Shown one piece after another: positions 1-8,334 of a stretch of 57,303 nucleotides of DNA. Both the position numbers and the translations under genes were made by a program. Origin of the DNA: a bacterium (GTDB lineage: Bacteria; Patescibacteriota; Minisyncoccia; UBA6257; JAGOQP01); the NCBI GenBank assembly GCA_021814695.1, contig JAKAHY010000007.1, positions 1-57,303 on the forward strand, given 5' to 3'. Below the pieces are notes generated by a model. The model was not told the origin of the DNA and made no database searches. It was given only the letters and a program-made list of their open reading frames with translations. How positions within the stretch are numbered: position 1 is the first letter of the stretch; every line of letters begins with the position of its first letter.

Positions 1-1890
1 ACGGCGGGTGATACGTCGGGAGCTTATGCTTCGCAAGGAGTTACCCCTCCATCGCCGCTTGCAGGCACAACAACTTTTTCCATAAGGTGTTATGAATTTG
101 CCAATAAGACCGGAAGAACGGCGGATGCATCCGCAACAGTTACCGTTTCCTCTTATGTCTTAAATATAGATGCCGCTCTTTATCCGAATACAAACTGCAC
201 CGGAACCGCCGGACCGATGGGTTCTGCGGCCAATTCCGTCAGTTATAATCTATCGACGCCAAGCGGGGCGACTACTCATGGAGTAGGAAGCCTTAATGCT
301 TCGGCGGGAACTTATCAAATTACCGGAGCGGCGGTAACTCCTGCCGGATACAAATATTGTTCCGCCAGTAATGCGGTGACGTTTAATTCGGCACAAAGCC
401 AAACGCTGACAGTTACCGGATATTTTGCCCCGCTTCCGGCTCCTACATTGACCATATCTCCAACCTCAACTTCTGCGTGCGTAGGCGATACAGCCAATTA
501 CATTTCATGGTATGACCCGGATGGTCCGTCCGGTCCTGCGGGTAATCAAAACGTAACCAACAATGCTGACTGGTCTTCTGATAATCCTTCCGTGGCTTCC
601 GTCTCTTTTGGGGTTGCTACAGGAAAGAGAATCGGAACAGCTACTATTATTTCCGTTTATAGCGGCATTAGAGCTACGGCTGTGTTTACGGTAAACGCTT
701 GTGTTGCCGGAACTCCCGACTATTCAATCCAAATCAATCCCGGATCACAAAATGTACAAAAGCCGGGATCAACTTCTTATGACGTTACGGTGTCATCTAT
801 TAACAATTACGCGGGTACGGTTTCGCTATCACCATCCAACTTTATTTCCGGCGTATCCGGTTCATTTGCCGGAGGACCTTCGGCCGTAGTGCCATCGGGA
901 GGATCGGTAGTAAAGACGCTAAATGTTTTTGTTGCTTCTTCCGCGGGCATAGGAATTTCCACCTTCCGGGTGACCGGTGATGACGGAAGTATTACCCATT
1001 TTACCGATGCTAATATAAATGTGACCGATGTAGGAGGGGGTTTCTCGTGTACCATTACTCCAAGTCCTTCAACGGGTCCGTCTCCTCTGAGCGTTAATCT
1101 AAGCAATACCATAACCGGTGGAAGCGGAAATTATGGCTGCCGAGTTTACTATGAATCAGGATCTATCGACGCCAACTATGCGGATTGTTCAACACGTAAC
1201 TACACATACCGTTCTCCAGGAACAAAAAGCCCCGTTCTTTATGTTTTGGACCGATCGGGAGGTGGAACTACGCAGTGTGGAGCTAACGTTAATGTAACCG
1301 GCGGCGGAGGCGGCGGCGGAGCAATTTCCTGTACTCTTAATGTCATTCCCGTGTCTCTGAGGGGACAGGCCGGCGTTACAAACTTCGGTTTTCAGGCAGT
1401 TGATGTAACGGGAGGTGATGGTAATTACTCCTACGATTTTAATTACGGAGATGGGCATTTTAGCGGATCACAACATTCTAATTCTTCCTACTATATCTAT
1501 CCCAGTCAGGGAACATACACAGCAAGCCTTGATGTTGCCGACGGAAGCGGAAATTCAGGAAGTTGTAACATTGCACCCAGTGTAATTTCTATCAGCGCAC
1601 CTCCTCCGTCCGGATGTATCTTTACCGCGTCACCTTCGGCAATATTGTACGGGCAGTCTTCAACGCTTTCCTGGTCCTGCTCTCCAACTAATACTCCGAG
1701 AAACTGCACGATAAAGGATGATGCCAATAATACTGTCGGGACGGGTTTACAAGCGGGAACAAAATCGGTAAAACCCGCCATTACTACAACCTATACTCTT
1801 TCCTGTACCGGAAGCCCGGCCGTAGCTAATTCCACTGCCAGCGTCAGTGTCGGATTCCTTCCTGTGATAAAGGAGATTATCCCGAGATAG
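1..1890 (+). CDS. Large secreted/cell-surface repeat protein, 5'-truncated by the window edge (Big_2-like and PKD-like Ig-fold repeats)
   Basis: Frame 1 has no stop from nt 1 to the listed ATG at 217, so the ORF continues upstream. It has a Big_2-like segment (SDNPSVASVSFGVATGKRIGTATIISVY..TAVFTVN) and a PKD-like signature (GGDGNYSYDFNYGDGH). Composition is T/S/G/N-rich with paired Cys per repeat and a 7-Gly linker (1300-1320). Confidence 0.75.
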   Translation, partial: TAGDTSGAYASQGVTPPSPLAGTTTFSIRCYEFANKTGRTADASATVTVSSYVLNIDAALYPNTNCTGTAGPMGSAANSVSYNLSTPSGATTHGVGSLNASAGTYQITGAAVTPAGYKYCSASNAVTFNSAQSQTLTVTGYFAPLPAPTLTISPTSTSACVGDTANYISWYDPDGPSGPAGNQNVTNNADWSSDNPSVASVSFGVATGKRIGTATIISVYSGIRATAVFTVNACVAGTPDYSIQINPGSQNVQKPGSTSYDVTVSSINNYAGTVSLSPSNFISGVSGSFAGGPSAVVPSGGSVVKTLNVFVASSAGIGISTFRVTGDDGSITHFTDANINVTDVGGGFSCTITPSPSTGPSPLSVNLSNTITGGSGNYGCRVYYESGSIDANYADCSTRNYTYRSPGTKSPVLYVLDRSGGGTTQCGANVNVTGGGGGGGAISCTLNVIPVSLRGQAGVTNFGFQAVDVTGGDGNYSYDFNYGDGHFSGSQHSNSSYYIYPSQGTYTASLDVADGSGNSGSCNIAPSVISISAPPPSGCIFTASPSAILYGQSSTLSWSCSPTNTPRNCTIKDDANNTVGTGLQAGTKSVKPAITTTYTLSCTGSPAVANSTASVSVGFLPVIKEIIPR

Positions 1891-1897
1891 TTATATT

Positions 1898-1923
1898 AAA
1901 AGGCGCCTGAGGGCGCCTTTGTA
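1898..1923 (+). terminator. Putative intrinsic terminator after the surface protein gene
   Basis: Hairpin aaaggcgcc-tgag-ggcgccttt lies 8 nt after the stop. The U tract is short. Confidence 0.55.
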
Positions 1924-1951
1924 GTAAAATAAGCTCTCCATAAAAAATACA

Positions 1952-2185
1952 ATGGAGAAAACACAATTTAAAAGAGTTTCCATAGGCAATACCGTTAAAG
2001 TGCGGTTTTCCGGTGGCGAGATTAAAGAATTTAAAATTGTTACGACATCCGAAACCGACCCGACAAACGGGAAAATTTCAAATTTATCGCCATTAGGCAA
2101 GGCAATTATAGGCGCAACAAAAGAAGGAAAAATAAAATATATCGTTAACGGAAAAGAATTTGAAATTGAAATTCTTGCGGGCTAA
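1952..2185 (+). CDS. Stand-alone GreA/GreB C-terminal domain protein (no coiled-coil finger)
   Basis: The 77-aa ORF VSIGNTVKVRF..ETDPTNGKISNLSPLGKAIIGATKEG..FEIEIL matches the C-terminal RNAP-binding domain pattern of Gre factors. There is no room for the N-terminal coiled coil. Confidence 0.7.
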   Translation: MEKTQFKRVSIGNTVKVRFSGGEIKEFKIVTTSETDPTNGKISNLSPLGKAIIGATKEGKIKYIVNGKEFEIEILAG

Positions 2186-2213
2186 TTATATTTGAATTCA
2201 AATAAAAACCCCT

Positions 2214-2828
2214 TTATTTGGAGGGGGGTATTTGTTCATACTGGTTGCAGAGGTTTACCACCTGATCTTTGAGATATTTTCCGCGCCAGCGGGAATTTTT
2301 AGGCAATCTGGAAATCAGGAGGTCACAAAGCGGAATGAATTCTCTTTTTGTTTCCGCTATCTGTGATTTTATTTTTTCGGGAGTGCAAGCGCCAAGCGTT
2401 CTCAGATTATTAAGCCGGTCGCATATCTTAACCAGAATTTCTCTCCAAGTGCCGTAAGTTTTGAGACGTTCCAGATACCCTTCTTTGGGATCTTTGGTGA
2501 GAAGTTTCAAACTCAAAGCCACTTCCTTGCCGAAATTCACCTGAGTTCTGTGCCAAGAGAGGATATAAGAATCTTCTTTGATATCGTGCAAAAGAGCGAG
2601 AACTATCAACTTCCAGTTGCACAGCTTCAGTTCGCGGATAATTATCCAGGCTACCGCTCTCGGGTGTTCAAAATATCTCCTTCCATCATCCCGGAATTGG
2701 TCGCGATGACCGTATTTGGAAAAGACATAAGCTGTTTCAACCATTTCTATTTCCAATGGCGTCAAAAGAGGCTCTATTTCTGAAAAAAATACGAATCTGT
2801 TGATGGTGGGATACGGGGAAGCTTCCAC
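2214..2828 (-). CDS. HD-domain protein, RelA/SpoT-type (p)ppGpp hydrolase-like (hydrolase only)
   Basis: Motif block HRDQFRDDGRRYFEHPRAVA....LLHDIKEDS is present. At 204 aa there is no synthetase domain. Confidence 0.75.
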   Translation of the reverse strand: MEASPYPTINRFVFFSEIEPLLTPLEIEMVETAYVFSKYGHRDQFRDDGRRYFEHPRAVAWIIIRELKLCNWKLIVLALLHDIKEDSYILSWHRTQVNFGKEVALSLKLLTKDPKEGYLERLKTYGTWREILVKICDRLNNLRTLGACTPEKIKSQIAETKREFIPLCDLLISRLPKNSRWRGKYLKDQVVNLCNQYEQIPPSK

Positions 2829-2901
2829 TCTACCTCCTTTAAATCAAGGGTCTGACTTTACATTATGTAATAAGGGTTTCGGTGTCAACGGAAAGGGTTG
2901 G

Positions 2902-3435
2902 TCAGAGTTTTATGATGATTTCGTCAAAGGCTTGGTGTAAGCAATCCCCATCTTTCTTTGAGATTTTTTTAAGCACGAACTTTTCCGCTTTTTGGCGGAC
3001 CGCTTCCTGGGCCGGACGAATTCCTATTTTGAGGCGCCAGAACTTTTGGGTTTTAAGATGATTGATGGTTGACTGGATGCCGTGATGTCCCGCCGAGCTC
3101 TGGTCATAAACAATTTTGTACTTACCCAGAGTCATATCCGAATCATCGTGGACAACTATAATTTCTTCCGGTTTGAGCTTAAAATATGATGCCGCTTGTT
3201 TTACGGCAATACCCGATTCGTTCATAAATGTCAGGGGTAAAATCAGCAACTTGTCTTCAAGCTGGCAATATTGAAAATTTTTGTTTGAGGGCTGTAGGAA
3301 CTTGGTAACCGCTTTTTTTGATAAGGCAAAATATTCCACAAATTTTCTGCCCACGTTATGATACGTGTTTTGATATTGCTTTGAGGGATTACCCAGGCCT
3401 ACCAGGGCCTTAATTTTTGGGGTTGCTTTATCCAT
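2902..3435 (-). CDS. pth: Peptidyl-tRNA hydrolase
   Basis: LVGLGNPSKQYQNTYHNVG at the N-terminus, HDDSDM and GHHGIQS blocks, 177 aa. Confidence 0.9.
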   Translation of the reverse strand: MDKATPKIKALVGLGNPSKQYQNTYHNVGRKFVEYFALSKKAVTKFLQPSNKNFQYCQLEDKLLILPLTFMNESGIAVKQAASYFKLKPEEIIVVHDDSDMTLGKYKIVYDQSSAGHHGIQSTINHLKTQKFWRLKIGIRPAQEAVRQKAEKFVLKKISKKDGDCLHQAFDEIIIKL

Positions 3436-3473
3436 TAATTATCAATATAATAGCACAAATATAGCTATAATTC

Positions 3474-4037
3474 ATGAAAAAAATACTCTATACCATCTGG
3501 GAAATTGCCGAAGTCTTTTTGGTGGCGCTGATTGCCGTAGCGGCAATCAAATATTTTCTGATACAGCCATTTATAGTTAATGGGGCCAGTATGGAGCCGA
3601 GCTTCTTTGATGGTGATTATCTTTTGGTAGACGAGCTCAGTTATCATTTTGAAAAACCGGAAAGAGGAGACGTTGTTGTTTTCAAATCTCCCCAAGACCC
3701 GTCAATTTACTTTATTAAAAGAATTATCGGACTTCCCGGAGAAAGTGTTGAAGTTGATAATAACGTGGTAAGGATAAACGGACAGATTCTGGATGAAAAA
3801 TATCTGACAAATGGAATAAGCAATGAATGGTCGGGGCATGTTTCGTTCAAGCTTACCGACAGCCAATATTTTACTATGGGGGATAACCGCATCAACAGTT
3901 TCGATTCGCGCTATTGGGGGCCTTTGGATAAGCAGGCCATAATTGGCTTGGTCAGGCTCAGGCTTTGGCCACCGTCGGAAATAAAATTTTTTGAGAATGT
4001 AAATTATCAACTCTCAACGTCAACTGCCGGGAATTAA
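3474..4037 (+). CDS. lepB: Signal peptidase I
   Basis: N-terminal TM helix and S26 boxes GASMEPS, FIKRIIGLPGE, GDNRINSFDSRYWG. Confidence 0.9.
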   Translation: MKKILYTIWEIAEVFLVALIAVAAIKYFLIQPFIVNGASMEPSFFDGDYLLVDELSYHFEKPERGDVVVFKSPQDPSIYFIKRIIGLPGESVEVDNNVVRINGQILDEKYLTNGISNEWSGHVSFKLTDSQYFTMGDNRINSFDSRYWGPLDKQAIIGLVRLRLWPPSEIKFFENVNYQLSTSTAGN

Positions 4038-4051
4038 AATATAAAAAAATA

Positions 4052-5374
4052 ATGCCAATAAAAATACCTCGCGCTCACAAAAAATCAGCGCCTAAATCAA
4101 AACCCAAGGGAAGGAAGTTCGCGTTCCAAACGCCCAAGGGCATGCACGATATGTTGCCTGCCGATTTTTTGTTTTTTGACAAGATAGAAAAAGCGCTCAA
4201 AAAGATAGTTTGCTACTACGGATTTGAGAGAATAGAAACTCCTATTATGGAAGATGCGCGTATTTTTGAAAGGGGGACTGGAATGACCAGCGAAATTGTC
4301 CAAAAACAAATGTTCACGGTAAAAACCCGGGGAGGAGAAGTTATGGCGCTCAGGCCGGAAATGACTCCCGGAGTTTTGCGGGCCTATGTGGAAAGCGGAT
4401 TATCGCACGTTATGTCTCCGGCAAAGTTTTATTATTTAAGCCCTTTATTCCGTTACGAGCAGCCTCAACACGGCAGATTCAGGCAGTTCTATCAGCTTGG
4501 ATTTGAGATTCTCGGATCCGATGAGGCGGTTTATGATGCTCAGACTATTTCGGCTGTTTACAGAACCATAGGCGAACTTAAGCTGAAAAATATTATGGTG
4601 AGGGTAAACAGCATCGGCTGTAAAACCTGCCGCGCGACGTATGTTAAAAAATTAAAAGAATATTACAAGAACAAACTGAGCAAGATGTGCAAGGATTGCA
4701 ATAAGCGCTACAGCGAAAACCCTCTGAGATTATTGGATTGTAAAGAAGAAAAATGCCAGCCATTTAAAGCTCAGGCTCCCCAGACTTTGGATTATTTGTG
4801 CACCGCCTGTAAGCATCACTTTAAGTTGGTTTTGGAATATTTGGACGAAATGAAAATCCCTTATCTTATAGATTCTACCCTTGTTCGCGGTCTCGATTAT
4901 TATTCGCGGACAGTGTTTGAGGTATTTATCGAAGGGCTTGATTTTGCTTTGGGTGGAGGAGGCAGATACGATTATCTTTCCGAAACTTTGGGCGGCCCAA
5001 GAATGGCAGCGGTTGGTGCAGCTTGTGGAGTAGAGCGGATAGTAGAGGCAATGAAATTACAGCAGATTCCTTCTCTTGTTAAAAATAAAAATCGGGTATT
5101 TTTGGTTTACATGGGAGATCAGGCGAAGAAAAAATCTCTCAGTATTCTCGAAAATCTTTATGATGCCGGTATTTGCGTTAAGGAAGCTTTTTCAAAAGAT
5201 TCGCTCAAGTCTCAACTGAGAATGGCCGACAGAGAGAAGGCCGAATTGGCACTAATCTTAGGACAGCAGGAAGTTTTTGAAGATGTAATTATAGTCCGGG
5301 ATATGCAAAGCGGGACTCAAGAGTCGGTTCCTCTGAGGAAAATTGTCGAGGAAGTAAAAAGGAGATTGCGTTAA
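4052..5374 (+). CDS. hisS: Histidine--tRNA ligase
   Basis: GMHDMLP, FRYEQPQHGRFRQFYQ and GGGRYD motifs, Cys-rich insertion, C-terminal anticodon-binding domain. A roughly 25-aa basic N-terminal extension is present. Confidence 0.9.
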   Translation: MPIKIPRAHKKSAPKSKPKGRKFAFQTPKGMHDMLPADFLFFDKIEKALKKIVCYYGFERIETPIMEDARIFERGTGMTSEIVQKQMFTVKTRGGEVMALRPEMTPGVLRAYVESGLSHVMSPAKFYYLSPLFRYEQPQHGRFRQFYQLGFEILGSDEAVYDAQTISAVYRTIGELKLKNIMVRVNSIGCKTCRATYVKKLKEYYKNKLSKMCKDCNKRYSENPLRLLDCKEEKCQPFKAQAPQTLDYLCTACKHHFKLVLEYLDEMKIPYLIDSTLVRGLDYYSRTVFEVFIEGLDFALGGGGRYDYLSETLGGPRMAAVGAACGVERIVEAMKLQQIPSLVKNKNRVFLVYMGDQAKKKSLSILENLYDAGICVKEAFSKDSLKSQLRMADREKAELALILGQQEVFEDVIIVRDMQSGTQESVPLRKIVEEVKRRLR

Positions 5375-5377
5375 AAC

Positions 5378-5782
5378 ATGGAGTGCCTTTTTTGTGATTT
5401 GGTTTCAAAGAAAAAACCGTCTCATATTGTATATGAAGACGATTCGGCTGTGGCGATGCTGGATATATTCCCGCGCTCGCAAGGGCACACTATCGTTGTC
5501 CCTAAAGTTCATGCCGAAACTATTTTGGATTTACCCGATGACCAGGTCGGGCCGCTTTTCTTGGCGGTGAAAAAGATGACTCAAATACTAAAAAACAAAC
5601 TCAATCCGGACGGCTTTACAATAGGCATTAACCATGGTAAGGTGAGTGGGCAGGCGATTGATCACCTGCATATTCATATAATTCCTCGCTTCAAAGGGGA
5701 CAACGGAGGGTCTATCCATACAATAGTGGATAATCCGTCCGGAATGTCGCTTGAAGAAGTTGAAGAAAAAATAATTTCGTAA
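5378..5782 (+). CDS. HIT family (Hint-like) nucleotide hydrolase
   Basis: Histidine triad HLHIHIIP, 134 aa. Confidence 0.85.
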   Translation: MECLFCDLVSKKKPSHIVYEDDSAVAMLDIFPRSQGHTIVVPKVHAETILDLPDDQVGPLFLAVKKMTQILKNKLNPDGFTIGINHGKVSGQAIDHLHIHIIPRFKGDNGGSIHTIVDNPSGMSLEEVEEKIIS

Positions 5783-5794
5783 ATAATTGTTATA

Positions 5795-6007
5795 ATGATA
5801 GAAATAAAAAGAAAAGAAGGAGAATCGGTGAATGCATTTTTATACCGGTTTACCAAAAAAATTCAACATTCGGGAGTTATCAAGGAGGCCAAAAAGAAAC
5901 GCTTCCACGACAGATTCCAAAACAAACGGGCCCGCAAAGATTCCGCTCTCTACCGCATCGATAAGAAATTGGAGACCGAGAAACTCAAAAGACTTGGTAA
6001 AATATAA
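5795..6007 (+). CDS. rpsU: 30S ribosomal protein S21
   Basis: 70 aa, basic, with the typical S21 pattern ESVNAFLYRF.KK....GV..E.KKKRF..RF. Confidence 0.85.
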   Translation: MIEIKRKEGESVNAFLYRFTKKIQHSGVIKEAKKKRFHDRFQNKRARKDSALYRIDKKLETEKLKRLGKI

Positions 6008-6010
6008 ATT

Positions 6011-6460
6011 ATGATACTGGATACCCTCAATGCTTCCTTAAAAGAGGCGATGGTTGAAAGAGATAAATTCAAAACGTCTGTTTTGCGCATGCTGATTGCC
6101 GCCGTTCATAACAAAGAAATCGAAAAGAAAGGCAAGGGTCAGCAACTTACGGATGATGACGTTCTGGATGTTTTGCGCAAAGAAGTGAAAAAGCGTAAAG
6201 AAGCTTCAATTATGTATCAAGCCGCCGAAAGGCAGGAGTCTGCGGATGCGGAAGAAACGGAGCTGCAATTTATTGAGACTTTTTTGCCGGCACAAATGCC
6301 TTCCGATGAAATCGAAAAGATAGTTGTGGAAGCTCTTAAAGAATTCTCTTCGCCTACGCAAAAAGATTTCGGGGCGATAATGAAAAAAGTAATGGCAAAA
6401 GTTGCCGGCCAAGCCGATGGATCGGTCGTCAGCGAAGTTATTAAAAAGCATCTTTCTTAG
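6011..6460 (+). CDS. GatB/YqeY domain protein
   Basis: 149 aa with YqeY-like pattern LKEAM..RDK.....LRML.AA..N.EIEK and sits in the conserved rpsU-yqeY-ybeY neighbourhood. Confidence 0.8.
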   Translation: MILDTLNASLKEAMVERDKFKTSVLRMLIAAVHNKEIEKKGKGQQLTDDDVLDVLRKEVKKRKEASIMYQAAERQESADAEETELQFIETFLPAQMPSDEIEKIVVEALKEFSSPTQKDFGAIMKKVMAKVAGQADGSVVSEVIKKHLS

Positions 6461-6461
6461 A

Positions 6462-6872
6462 GTGAATAAAATTTCGGTTTTTGCAGTAGAAAAAAAATAT
6501 ATTCGGGAAACCAAAAAAATCTCCGCTTTATCCCGGAAGATTTTTTTATTACTCAATAAAAACGGTTATAGTGCCGATATTTATCTGGTTAGCGATGCGA
6601 CAATGAAAAAGATAAATCGGACATACAGAAAAAAAGACAAAACAACCAACGTTTTAAGCTTTTGCGAACCTAAAAATTTTATTTCTGTTCCGAGCAGATA
6701 TAAACATCTGGGGGAGATATATCTGAGCCTGGATTTCATAAAAGCGCATAAACAGGATTTGAGGCTAATGATCGTCCATGGCGTTCTTCATTTACTGGGA
6801 TATGACCATATTTCGGATAAGGATAGGATGAAAATGGAGAATAAAGAGCGGCAAATATTGGATAGAATATAG
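6462..6872 (+). CDS. ybeY: rRNA maturation endoribonuclease YbeY
   Basis: Zinc motif HGVLHLLGYDH. I place the start at GTG 6462, directly after the upstream stop (6458-6460). The listed ORF start at 6402 would overlap yqeY by 59 nt. Confidence 0.85.
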   Translation: MNKISVFAVEKKYIRETKKISALSRKIFLLLNKNGYSADIYLVSDATMKKINRTYRKKDKTTNVLSFCEPKNFISVPSRYKHLGEIYLSLDFIKAHKQDLRLMIVHGVLHLLGYDHISDKDRMKMENKERQILDRI

Positions 6873-6891
6873 AGATGCTATTTATCAACAG

Positions 6892-6921
6892 AAAAGGCTC
6901 GATTTGGGAGCCTTTTTTTTG
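6892..6921 (+). terminator. Intrinsic terminator after ybeY
   Basis: Stem ggctc/gagcc with a 7-nt loop, flanked by A-run and T8 run. Confidence 0.7.
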
Positions 6922-7000
6922 TTAAAATTACCTCTGCGCGTTATTTCTTGGCGGACCATCACAAGGCCTGTCCGGGAGCATTTTTCAAAAGAGTCCCTCA

Positions 7001-7029
7001 TTGATAAAAGGTTCGCGGTTGATTACAAT
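7001..7029 (+). promoter_or_regulatory. Putative sigma-70-type promoter of ftsA-ftsZ
   Basis: TTGATA, 17 nt, TACAAT. The ATG is 22 nt downstream of the -10 element. Confidence 0.45.
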
Positions 7030-7050
7030 TGTTATATATAATTTCCAATT

Positions 7051-8316
7051 ATGTTTGTTACTGCAATCGATTTAGGATCATCTCAAATAAAAGGCATTGT
7101 TGCCGACGTGAAAAAAGACGGCTCTATAGTCGCCGTTAAAACAGTAAAGAAAAAATCCAACGGCATAAAAAAAGGAGAGGTGGTTGATATAGACGAAACC
7201 GTAAAAACACTCTTTGAAGTTTTAAGCGAAATAAAGCATTTTGATAAGCGCTCCATAAAAAATGTAATTTTTTCATTGTCCGGAGCCAAAAGCAAATTTC
7301 TTGTCTCGCGGGCGGGGATTTCAATTCCCAGGCCGGATTTGGAAATCATTCAGGAGGATGTCGACCGGGTAATAAAGGAATCGATGGCGGTTAATCTTCC
7401 TCCGGGCTGGCAGATTATTCATTCGATACCGAGAGAGTTTGTAATTGATGATATAGAAGTTGACGACTCAAATGTCGTCGGGCTTTCGGGAAGAAAACTT
7501 GAGGCTAATGTAATTTTATTACCGGTATTTTCCGGTCTTTATAAAAATTTTATAAAAGTTGCCGGATTGGTATTGGGAAAGAAAAGCGGTTTTGACGGCA
7601 GTCTTATTTTTGCGCCGCTGGCATCCGACAGATCGGTTCTTTCCAAAAATCAAAGAGAGCTTGGAGTAATTTTAATCGATATCGGTTTTGGAACCACTTC
7701 ATTTATTGTTTATCAGGACGGAAAAATGCTGATGGCAAAAGTTTTACCCGTAGGTTCGGGCAATATAACCAACGACATCGCTATCGGTCTTAAATGTTCA
7801 ATTAATACCGCAGAGGCAATAAAGCTGACTTTCGGATGCGCATTTGCCAGAGATGTTTCCACTAAAGATAAGGTGGATTTGGCTCAGTTTGAAGAAGGTC
7901 AAAGCACCGAGGTTTCGCGAAGATATATTGCCGAAATTATAGAGGTGAGAGTCAGGGAGATATTTTCTATGGTAAATGACGAACTTAAGGCCTTAAGTAA
8001 GGCGGGCAAACTTCCGGCAGGGGTGGTTATCTGCGGAGGCGGAGCCAAAGCTCCCGGTATTTTGGATTTAGCCAGGGAAGAGATGAAAATGCCCGCTCAG
8101 ATAGGGTTTCCTAATATTTCCGAATTTGAAATTTCTCATGCCCAGATAACAAACGAATTGGACGACCCCGAAATGGCGGTTGCTGCCGGACTGATTCTCC
8201 ATAAAATGGACTTACTGAAAAAAGGAGGAGCCTACAGTTACGGTTCAGGTGTTTCCTACACGCTCAACGAACCGTGGTATAAGAAGTTCATAAGGAATCT
8301 GATTCCGTCCGACTAA
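7051..8316 (+). CDS. ftsA: Cell division protein FtsA
   Basis: Actin-fold phosphate motifs AIDLGSSQIKG, DIGFGTT, CGGGA. Sits directly upstream of ftsZ. Confidence 0.9.
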   Translation: MFVTAIDLGSSQIKGIVADVKKDGSIVAVKTVKKKSNGIKKGEVVDIDETVKTLFEVLSEIKHFDKRSIKNVIFSLSGAKSKFLVSRAGISIPRPDLEIIQEDVDRVIKESMAVNLPPGWQIIHSIPREFVIDDIEVDDSNVVGLSGRKLEANVILLPVFSGLYKNFIKVAGLVLGKKSGFDGSLIFAPLASDRSVLSKNQRELGVILIDIGFGTTSFIVYQDGKMLMAKVLPVGSGNITNDIAIGLKCSINTAEAIKLTFGCAFARDVSTKDKVDLAQFEEGQSTEVSRRYIAEIIEVRVREIFSMVNDELKALSKAGKLPAGVVICGGGAKAPGILDLAREEMKMPAQIGFPNISEFEISHAQITNELDDPEMAVAAGLILHKMDLLKKGGAYSYGSGVSYTLNEPWYKKFIRNLIPSD

Positions 8317-8334
8317 TTTTTGTAAATTATAAAA

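Noticed and set aside
1300-1320. GGC/GGA trinucleotide tract as a phase-variation switch
   Set aside because: It is a short in-frame triplet repeat. Slippage would only change the Gly-linker length, not switch expression on or off.
6402-6461. Upstream extension of ybeY overlapping yqeY
   Set aside because: It would create a 59-nt overlap. A GTG directly after the yqeY stop gives a YbeY of normal length.
7035-7050. 12-mer taatttccaatt shared by the ftsA (7036-7047) and nfo (56299-56310) upstream regions
   Set aside because: Exact 12-mer repeats are expected by chance many times in 57 kb of AT-rich DNA. Two copies alone are not enough to call a motif.
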